64,000 nt of DNA from a virus. The notes under the pieces were generated by a model. That model was given only the letters and a program-made list of their open reading frames with translations. It did no database searches and had not been told where the DNA came from. The stretch covers positions 126,919-190,918 of IMG/VR virus record IMGVR_UViG_3300025288_000012. One strand, 5' to 3'. The position numbers and the translations under genes are program-made. Positions 57,301 to 64,000 of this stretch are shown here, one piece after another. The stretch's first letter is position 1; each line of letters begins with the position of its first letter.

Positions 57301-59253
57301 TACAAGTGAGTTGTTTGCAGTGTCTGGTTCCCCAATAGTAGGTAAAGTATTGAAGTCTTTGGTAGCGTACTGTGGCAGTAGGAAGTGACCAGCTTGCGTC
57401 TGGGTAGTTAACGTCCATACGGTTGTGTACTCACCAGCAGTAACCACTACGTGTGTGACACCGCAATGCGTTACGGGCGTCTGGACAGCTACTCGAAGCG
57501 TGTCGTTTGGGCCAAACACGCCGAAGCTGGATCCTAGAGAGACGCCGTTACGGTACACGATAGCACCCGCACTAGCGTACACTACGATAGTGGCATCGAC
57601 GTCTACACCCGTAAGTGTGACTTCGTTTGAGACAACAAAGGTGTTTGGTACCTGACTTACTAGGTCTAATAGCTCGAAAGGTGAAGGAGTTGCGTCCTGC
57701 AGCACAGTTGTTGAGTCAATGTATTCGTATACTGTTCCCACAACAAGAGGAATCCGTACACTAACTCCCGGCTGAATTGGAGTAGTGAAGGTTACTGCTA
57801 ACAGGTCACCTTCCGTTGCAGTAGTTGTAACACCTACATCGACGCTATTCTTCAGTATTGAAGCGCCGTAGATACCCGGAATGGACACGGGGATTGCTAC
57901 ACCCGCGTAGACAGCTGCTACCTGAACGGTGTTTGAGGTTAGCTCAGCGTTACGCGGCAAAACCAACGAATCGAGTAGGTCGAATTGCGAAGCAACAACG
58001 TCAGGCAAGAACATTAGTTCAGGTGTGTTGCTGTACAAAGAGCACACAACTACCTGAGAGTTCTCTACAAGTATGGCGTATGGAGCATTGTCAACCGGAA
58101 ATTGCAAGGTCTCTAGCAAGTTTCCATCAAGAACTTTTACTGCTGCGTTCTCAATGTCCGTTACATAGATGCTAGTAGATGCAAAGAGTGAGTAAAAGTA
58201 GCTTCCAGGGAATCTAGCGTTTGACTCGGCCAGAGTGATTACGTCTACCTTAGCTACGTAGTCCTTACACGCAACATACACATGAGTTGCAGTTGCACCA
58301 ATGCCTAGACCGGCTTCTGGAAGTGCTACGGTCGATAATGCGTAGGTGTCAAGGTCAATTACTGCAAGTATGGCCTGGTCAGACAGCGTAACAAACGCCT
58401 TGCGTCCAACGACTACTACCTCAAAAGGTTTCCCTACAGTGGCTATGGAATAATCAATGGCGCCAGTGTTGGAGTCAACTATTAGAACGAGGTTGGAACC
58501 TGAACTACAAACAATTAGCTTGCTGTCAAGCTCTCCACTAGCAACTGAGGCAACGCCGAGTGGCCTGGCTCCAATTGCATAGTCATGGACAACGGATAAA
58601 TCAGCTGCCGATAGACCGACGACCTTGTTCTCTTCAGGTAGGGATATCCATAGCAAAGCGTTCCTTGTGGCAGAAGATGCCTCAAGCGTAGAAGTACCAC
58701 CATACGGTTTAGCAATCGTAAGCTTCTGCTGAAGAACGTTATCCAGGCCAAACTTGTACAGAGCGTTAGCGTGGTAGTCTACTACTATGTAGAATAGTTC
58801 GTTAGTTGTAGTAGAGGGAGTGGCTGTGCGTAAGTCGATCTTTGAACTGAATACGCCAGTGGTGGAATACACTGAGTATGAGTCTGCAGAAACGTCGGGG
58901 GTGTACGTAGCACCGTTCGCGTAGGACGTTAGATCGAGTGGCGTAACGTCTGCAAGTTGAGGGAATACTATCTGCAGATTTGAGTTCTTAGTTACAGCAA
59001 AGTATGGGTACTTATCGGGAGCGATGTCCGTGGACACAACTGCATGAACAGCAGTTGCTGGTAGCGAAGCTGATGTTACTGAGACCGCTACTAGGTCTCC
59101 GGCTTGCACTAAACTTGAGGCACCAACATTTGATCCATTGACTACTAATGAGCCACCTTGCACCGTAAGTGTTTGTGCTTCTGTAACACTCTGGGTATTT
59201 GATATTACTAGAGTGTTGAGGTCTACACTTATGCTGGGTAGAAAATTTAGCAT
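54376..59253 (-). CDS. Large virion surface protein: YVTN/NHL-like beta-propellers plus repeated Ig-like modules
   Basis: P.GVA / AFVT..D repeats; about 5 modules with N(T/A).(V/L).SN.(V/I)T(I/L).G. Confidence 0.8.
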   Translation of the reverse strand: MLNFLPSISVDLNTLVISNTQSVTEAQTLTVQGGSLVVNGSNVGASSLVQAGDLVAVSVTSASLPATAVHAVVSTDIAPDKYPYFAVTKNSNLQIVFPQLADVTPLDLTSYANGATYTPDVSADSYSVYSTTGVFSSKIDLRTATPSTTTNELFYIVVDYHANALYKFGLDNVLQQKLTIAKPYGGTSTLEASSATRNALLWISLPEENKVVGLSAADLSVVHDYAIGARPLGVASVASGELDSKLIVCSSGSNLVLIVDSNTGAIDYSIATVGKPFEVVVVGRKAFVTLSDQAILAVIDLDTYALSTVALPEAGLGIGATATHVYVACKDYVAKVDVITLAESNARFPGSYFYSLFASTSIYVTDIENAAVKVLDGNLLETLQFPVDNAPYAILVENSQVVVCSLYSNTPELMFLPDVVASQFDLLDSLVLPRNAELTSNTVQVAAVYAGVAIPVSIPGIYGASILKNSVDVGVTTTATEGDLLAVTFTTPIQPGVSVRIPLVVGTVYEYIDSTTVLQDATPSPFELLDLVSQVPNTFVVSNEVTLTGVDVDATIVVYASAGAIVYRNGVSLGSSFGVFGPNDTLRVAVQTPVTHCGVTHVVVTAGEYTTVWTLTTQTQAGHFLLPQYATKDFNTLPTIGEPDTANNSLVVLNDSLAVLSTVVLTATPTNVLSQKTYLNVLDKSRNKVYVADIENGVVAKVYVPPAGSTIQAIDYYPKYSYSVAEPTRLVVALSSPDKIVILDKDYVVAAEYALPAAPSALLCDVNSNVLVAFAAPGLIKKYSVAADLLTFVRDFYYESPDFLAEDPLVVGRFIVGSSERKTASVISSIMLEVAALHDIIVQVAVASTGVGYIADSYCNSVRIVDDTYAELSRIEAPGPVSGLALIGQNLYYSDLYNSTVYKYDTQLSITVSSVVGPSLLAASTYNGSLVVLKALPNINLALTTSLLTPIDSVVIPFTDNVPISTVVQSDGLTISGLIRPAVFYAEPYPGVELLKNDVLQSTTDITVQNGDVVLIRQTSPDSYYTQRDVRVGSCSVGTTYSVRTEPDLWPDDVYFVTKYDQYINLLAESNEIVISGLTVGVQSEIFADFLNTVGAYYLNDELVFTPTILVSNGDRVRLVVLIDGPVGAVNEYKMYHGEVPFATFKIVTITLDGATIWPYFAVLKTYAEPELLERVHLLSTVVDASLEVLKPITVDVVTSLALKFTPISVELPELGATIVRTAIEVANSAVSHDSGIKVQDTLVTYGIVSGSRDQSSQMRYELPTQAKGGITVIPVDLPYTEGILLGTQSALLYLPIGIKHVYKLVEADLPLYGKLVYDLTFYELSSPSITSFDVLTADQGFMGEVVNTQVLVQAQYDLQIVNDYYGLTTVVQMRISEPMPVELVFDKNVNYSKPVFFRSTDAIRYAIKERQSPEVELRKLHSRIAPYRPTIGSVYSYGVYMHIMSSQNWLQSYHESEPLDIVLTTSTFNASPLPGADRDTRTVVLTTGVVAKISTTNAIKVSTGSFSRRITDIRVMNGAQVEIVQDIVTFCPPYGSCELKGLYSDSLDAFDAARNSGHADMTEEYVPFKGCYLWKVYPDVFVLKYCSSVGPNDLFIVPYAWNLSMGPLRIAKTQLKINRYLNGG

Positions 59254-59321
59254 TACGCAACACCCTTTAAGCAGACTGGGTGAGGTACTGTCCTCACCCA
59301 GGTATTACACGCACAAACCAA

Positions 59322-60476
59322 TTACACGCCGCCACCGCTCTTCAATACCAGCAGACGCATGTTGGTGTTGTTTGCACCATTGGCAGGCATAGCTTGGTAA
59401 ATACGAGCTGTAGGCTCACCGTACACCGTAAGAGGTACTTCGGTATGTTGAGACACAACGTCTGCACTGGTGTACGCGATCATGTCAAGCTCATGCACAT
59501 ACGCATGACGTGGTGTGTTAAGCTTGTTGGGGAACGTGATGACGTACTTGTTGTCCTCAGTTATACTGACTTGCTGAGCAGCGTTGATGATACTGTTGGA
59601 GTCAGCTGTATCGTAGGTTCCAGGAGTAGAAGGAGTCGGTTTCAGCACGTCACGTTCACGAACAACGAAACGCTTGATGCCACTTTCCCAACGCTCCGGG
59701 TAGATGATTTGTTTCTCGTTGGACTGGGTGGACTGGATGTTGTCCGGGAAGATGGCCGCGGGCACGTACATGTCCTTCAGACCGTACACACAGAACAGAG
59801 GAGTCTTCGAGTCTACGCTTACCAGAGCTACACCAGTAGTGCGATCAACAGGACGTTGGACCGAAACCCACGAGAACTTATCGCCCGTAGGATCTTGTGC
59901 TTCTTCCCAAATTACCAGGCTGAAGCCGCGATCCGAAATCGACAGAATGTAGCTCATGGGATACGACTGCGCAGTCTGCATGTCCGGAATACGAACAGTA
60001 CGGTCAATGAACTGTTTATCGGCATTGTTGATACGCTTGAGTCGAGCAACGGAGGCAATGTCGTACTCTGTAGTCTGGTTGATTTCATTCTGCGGAATCA
60101 TCAGAGTAGTTGCATCGAGCTTGTAGGGATACGCAAGGTCGGAACCCAGTACACCAGCTGAGTCTGCAGCTGTAAGACTAAGGCCGCGTTCGAGCTTCGA
60201 CGTTGTGCCATCATCAGGTAGCTGGAGATCAGAGGCGACGTACATCTTGCAGCCGTATTCACTCAGCACATCGAAGTGAATGCGCCATTTCTGCGTAAGT
60301 GCAAGGCTATCAACCGATGCTGTGGCTTCAAGAGTTGCCTTGAAGAGTGCAGGGTAAGGAGATTGAAGTGCAGCCGGAAACTTCAAAGTGAAGCCGTTTG
60401 CAGTAAGGTCTTCGATGATAGAGCCAATTATTGCCGATACAGTAACGAAACCGTTACGTTGGGTATGAAATCCCAT
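59322..60476 (-). CDS. Conserved-type virion structural protein
   Basis: 384 aa; GAGG RBS; high-expression codon bias; first gene after a TAATTTT motif. Confidence 0.75.
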   Translation of the reverse strand: MGFHTQRNGFVTVSAIIGSIIEDLTANGFTLKFPAALQSPYPALFKATLEATASVDSLALTQKWRIHFDVLSEYGCKMYVASDLQLPDDGTTSKLERGLSLTAADSAGVLGSDLAYPYKLDATTLMIPQNEINQTTEYDIASVARLKRINNADKQFIDRTVRIPDMQTAQSYPMSYILSISDRGFSLVIWEEAQDPTGDKFSWVSVQRPVDRTTGVALVSVDSKTPLFCVYGLKDMYVPAAIFPDNIQSTQSNEKQIIYPERWESGIKRFVVRERDVLKPTPSTPGTYDTADSNSIINAAQQVSITEDNKYVITFPNKLNTPRHAYVHELDMIAYTSADVVSQHTEVPLTVYGEPTARIYQAMPANGANNTNMRLLVLKSGGGV

Positions 60477-60536
60477 GGATACACCTCATTGGTTTGATTG
60501 GAAACTGCGAGTTTTCACTCACACCTAAAATTACAT

Positions 60537-61145
60537 TTATTCTAAAGGCAAGAACATTAGGGTTAAAGTCGTGCCTGAAGGAATCTGGCTAACATTGGTT
60601 ATACGGAAATAGCTATCTGCTGAGGGCGGAGTCTCTGCATTCACCAACATGCTGTATCGACGATTCTTGAACACGGTGCCGTCAGTCATTAACGTAGTGC
60701 CGTCGTCAACCACATGGTCTTCAGTTGCCAAAAACGTGTACGGATTCGAGTCATTACGATCCGCAGTCTCAAAGGCTTCTACCAGCATTGGAACACTTAC
60801 AGATAGACTAAGCACAAGTGCAGATTTGCCCAGACTAAGCACGAAGTCCTCGAAACCATTAGGCTGCAATTCGTTTGTCACGAACGTAACAGTCTGACGT
60901 GTTCCGGCCAGACCTCCACCCGACTGTACCTCAGTCCAGCTTGTTAAATCCGCACCCAGTTGCCACAGCTTGTTATCAGACTGCGTTACGACGATCATCC
61001 CGGGCTTACGATTGCCCGCAGGAATTGCATCCCGTTCAGTTGAGTCTGCCCTTACTTGCAGACCGCCCTTCACGTACTTGTCTTCGAGCAGGAAGAAGGT
61101 GTTGCCGTTCTTCGGTATTAGAAATGAGGTAAACTGAAAGGGCAT
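60537..61145 (-). CDS. Virion/fibre protein
   Basis: ERDAIP..RKPGMIV..Q.D.K.WQL..W fibre module. Start reassigned to MPFQF (61145). Confidence 0.75.
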   Translation of the reverse strand: MPFQFTSFLIPKNGNTFFLLEDKYVKGGLQVRADSTERDAIPAGNRKPGMIVVTQSDNKLWQLGADLTSWTEVQSGGGLAGTRQTVTFVTNELQPNGFEDFVLSLGKSALVLSLSVSVPMLVEAFETADRNDSNPYTFLATEDHVVDDGTTLMTDGTVFKNRRYSMLVNAETPPSADSYFRITNVSQIPSGTTLTLMFLPLE

Positions 61146-61147
61146 GA

Positions 61148-61477
61148 TTAGTGCTTCTCCGAGTTGTACATAGCTATTGGGCACTGGTCCCGAAAAATCA
61201 CCTGACGTATCACTTTCAACTTTGAACCATCACTACAAACAGTCAAAATATTTGCAACTGCTCTACATGGATTTAGGACGAAGAAGTCTTTTCGTCGTTC
61301 ATCCCCCAATAGCAGCATTGCCAATCCAGCAGAGTCTATGTACTGCGTGCTCGTAAGATCTATTACTACTGGCTTAGGTGAGCGTAACACCTTGAAGAAC
61401 TCCTGATGTAGTTCAAAGATAAACTTATCAGGAGCTCTCAACCTAGTGCTATGGATGTACTCGACAATCATGGTCAA
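61148..61477 (-). CDS. STAS-domain anti-sigma-factor antagonist-like protein
   Basis: VVIDLTSTQYIDSAGLAMLLL with the conserved phosphorylatable Ser; F.FELHQEF upstream. Confidence 0.8.
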   Translation of the reverse strand: MTMIVEYIHSTRLRAPDKFIFELHQEFFKVLRSPKPVVIDLTSTQYIDSAGLAMLLLGDERRKDFFVLNPCRAVANILTVCSDGSKLKVIRQVIFRDQCPIAMYNSEKH

Positions 61478-63177
61478 GCGTTGCTAACCAGCCACGTGAC
61501 AGATCCAAGTCCGTCCCAATCAGTTTGGTAGAGATAGAACGGAACAATTGTGCCACCTTCATCCACGTTCACCGTAATGGGACCCCACTTCGTGGGATCA
61601 GTCGGGTCACCTTGTGCACCATCCCAACCACCGTAGAATCCAGGAGTGCCTGCGTCTTCAAACTTAGCCAGTCCGTACGCAACAGGGTAGGCGTAGAACA
61701 TAGTTTGACCAGACCCTGGAGCTCCAGAGTCCATAGTGACCGTACCCACAAGAGAAGCACTTGCACCACGGCTAGGCAAGCCAGCTATGAAGATTCCATC
61801 CTTCGTGGACGTTACAGGAGCTACACCGTAGTAGGGACGAATGCCAACTGCATTTGATAAGACCGTTATGGACTTGATCTGGTTCACCGTCGTACCACTT
61901 GCAGTGTACACAGCGTTTACGTTACCAGTAGTGTCGGACGGGACGTCGGCAGCAGTGAACAGGCCACGAGTAACTGCACTAAACGAGCCCATAGTTGCAT
62001 TAGCCATGGTGAATGTCGTGGTAGAGGTTACGTCCTGCGTAGAACCATCGCTGAAGGTAGCAACTGCAGTGAAGTTAGCAGTCGTCTGTTCCGTAACATT
62101 AGTAGGACCGTTAACAACCAATGACACTGGGACAATGTTCTTCACTGTAGTGTTCAGAGCTGCAGTCAACACAACGGAGCTCTCGACGTAGGTGATGTTC
62201 ACCGTTACTGGCGTATCAGCAGACACTTGCTTAGCTGCAGTCAGGCCAGCAGAGTTAACCGACAGTGCTGCACCATTGGAAGAACCATACGTGCAGTTTG
62301 CCGTAACGTTTGCAGTTTGCCCGTTGTTGTATGTAGCAACAACAGTTATCTGACTTGACAGGCCTTCATTCATCAGAGCGGGCAATCCGCTAGCTTGCAG
62401 GCTAACAGGTACCGAGTTCAGAAGAGTTATGATCCGCGTGGCGGAGTAGGTCTGACCAAGGTACGTGTAGGTAGCCTGGAGTGTCAAGTTAGTATCGGCC
62501 AACAGACTTCCATTTGCAACTGACAGAAGGTTGTTGACGTCTATCGAAGCTCCAGTAACTGGAGTCTGGATCGTGATGGTTCCATCTACCGGAGTGTCAC
62601 CCGCACTCGTAGTCAAGGTCAGTGAGTATTGACCCGTTAGACCTTCTGTAACCAGAGCCGGACCAGTAATAGAGAGCGTAGTACCAGCGTTAAGCTGATT
62701 CAGAATCTCTGAGATGATGTAGGTGTAATCGACCACTGGTGCAGGACCTTGGTCACCAGCAGGACCAGCAGGACCAGCAGGACCAGGAGGTCCCATCGGT
62801 CCGGCAGGACCTTCACCAATGTCGAGCAAGTAGAACTGGGGATCCTTGAAAATGTCCAGATAGAGTTGTTCCTCAATCCAACTGTGCCTGAAGCCACCAT
62901 TAGTAATAACGTCAGGAACAGTAGAGACGCTGGGACCAGCAGTACCTTTCAGCTTGATAGCCTTTAGGTAGTACGCGTTGTTCGGGTCTAGAACTACCCA
63001 CGTGGTATTTATGGGCACACCCAGATACGAGGGCTCAACTAGTGAGGCCACCGTCGTATAGTTGGTCTGAAGAGTTGGGTGCTCTAGCAGCACGACTACT
63101 GGGTTAACCACATCCAAGTTTCGTATGTCTGCAAGAGTAGCCATACTCTCAATAAATTGTTGACGGCGCAGTTCCAT
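61474..63177 (-). CDS. Fibre protein: shared N-terminal domain, short collagen repeat, Ig-like (Big_2) repeats
   Basis: [19 protein letters not shown]; V.ATY.NG.TA.VT and ATFSDGSTQDVT repeats. Confidence 0.85.
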   Translation of the reverse strand: MELRRQQFIESMATLADIRNLDVVNPVVVLLEHPTLQTNYTTVASLVEPSYLGVPINTTWVVLDPNNAYYLKAIKLKGTAGPSVSTVPDVITNGGFRHSWIEEQLYLDIFKDPQFYLLDIGEGPAGPMGPPGPAGPAGPAGDQGPAPVVDYTYIISEILNQLNAGTTLSITGPALVTEGLTGQYSLTLTTSAGDTPVDGTITIQTPVTGASIDVNNLLSVANGSLLADTNLTLQATYTYLGQTYSATRIITLLNSVPVSLQASGLPALMNEGLSSQITVVATYNNGQTANVTANCTYGSSNGAALSVNSAGLTAAKQVSADTPVTVNITYVESSVVLTAALNTTVKNIVPVSLVVNGPTNVTEQTTANFTAVATFSDGSTQDVTSTTTFTMANATMGSFSAVTRGLFTAADVPSDTTGNVNAVYTASGTTVNQIKSITVLSNAVGIRPYYGVAPVTSTKDGIFIAGLPSRGASASLVGTVTMDSGAPGSGQTMFYAYPVAYGLAKFEDAGTPGFYGGWDGAQGDPTDPTKWGPITVNVDEGGTIVPFYLYQTDWDGLGSVTWLVSNA

Positions 63178-63808
63178 TTTTTACCCCAGGTAGATAGTTG
63201 AGACGTTGAAGTACAGGCAGAACAAATTTTGACGCTTCAAGTCGTTGTCGGCCAGACACATGCTTGTGGCTGTTTCCGCCATGGAGGTGCCACTTGTAGG
63301 CATCAAAAGGTGCATGTACCCAATCACCTTCCCACATAGCTAGGCATCGTAGCACATACTCGGAGAGAGTACCGTGCAGGCTTGCAACAGGCATGTGCTT
63401 CTTAATAACACTTCGTTTCATTATAAGCAGTTGGTGACCGTAGCGTGCAAACCGAAACATTTCAAAAGGATCCCAAGGTCCAGTTCCAGTAGATCGACCA
63501 CTTCTAACGTTACCCGTGAAATCGTCCACCACCAGCTCGTCTGAGAATACTCCTACTGCCTTGGTGTTTCGATACAGCTCTTCTACGGTCTGGGCAGCAC
63601 CTTCACCCATAAGCTCGTCGTCGTCATTCAGGAACGTGCAGTACTCAGCACTTCCAACTGAATAAGCCTTGAGGCGCTCTTCACCAATGGAGAGCCCAGT
63701 TGTAGCGTTGACAATGTGTATGTTGAACAGTCCAGGTGGAATACTCGCAAGTGCTCGTTCAAATACATCCTGCCTGCTAGGGATAGTCAGTATGTGAAGG
63801 TCAATCAT
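63149..63808 (-). CDS. Glycosyltransferase family 2-like (GT-A)
   Basis: IDLHILTIP; YCTFLNDDDE (DxD); WKWHLHGGN; C-terminal half typical of GT2. Confidence 0.75.
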   Translation of the reverse strand: MIDLHILTIPSRQDVFERALASIPPGLFNIHIVNATTGLSIGEERLKAYSVGSAEYCTFLNDDDELMGEGAAQTVEELYRNTKAVGVFSDELVVDDFTGNVRSGRSTGTGPWDPFEMFRFARYGHQLLIMKRSVIKKHMPVASLHGTLSEYVLRCLAMWEGDWVHAPFDAYKWHLHGGNSHKHVSGRQRLEASKFVLPVLQRLNYLPGVKNGTAPSTIY

Positions 63809-63812
63809 CGGA

Positions 63813-64000
63813 CTAACCACCGTAAGGATCAGGTGCAACTGGGCTGGGTGTGCCGTTCAGTTTGAATTCGATACTGTTCCAGATGGCGTCCTCGGAAAAA
63901 CTCTCGCCTTCGAATAAAGCTACATCACTGAGGGACTCATAGAAGCGGAAGGAGAGACTTCCGCCCGCGGTGACGAGTGCGTCAGCCACATCCAACGACC
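63813..64000 (-). CDS. C-terminal fragment of a gene starting beyond the window
   Basis: Frame is open to the window edge and ends just before the GT2 start. Confidence 0.5.
   Translation of the reverse strand, partial: SLDVADALVTAGGSLSFRFYESLSDVALFEGESFSEDAIWNSIEFKLNGTPSPVAPDPYGG

Overview
A 64-kb segment of a jumbo myophage genome (contractile tail), almost entirely virion morphogenesis genes. Bases 1-50,863 are on the + strand: truncated NAD-dependent DNA ligase, type IB topoisomerase, a cluster of small and medium accessory genes around a prohead protease, an acidic Zn-ribbon scaffold, decoration protein, major capsid protein, sheath, two tube proteins, a tail chaperone with a -1 slippery site, tape measure/transglycosylase, a full baseplate (gp53/gp27/gp5/PAAR/gp25/J-like), fibres, holin, endolysin and spanins. 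From about 50,930 to the end, genes are on the - strand: LamG, Gly-rich, beta-propeller, Ig and collagen virion proteins, a STAS protein and a GT2 glycosyltransferase. Top leads: (1) a tightly packed operon inside the fibre module with a Cys-rich (CDCNCDCNC) peptide, two paralogous accessory proteins and four radical-SAM enzymes, suggesting a RiPP-like system that modifies a virion component; (2) about 12 unrelated genes around the prohead protease sharing an N-terminal MK-hydrophobic-S(L/T)S(A/S) leader and a repeated RBS/start cassette, resembling a capsid-targeting signal on exchangeable internal-protein cassettes, one of which is the topoisomerase; (3) a duplicated and split endolysin whose replacement signal peptide is overprinted on a homing-endonuclease remnant; (4) an HsbA-like STAS protein. 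All calls come from reading the sequence and from motif recall; no searches were run. I saw no tRNA, rRNA or CRISPR array.
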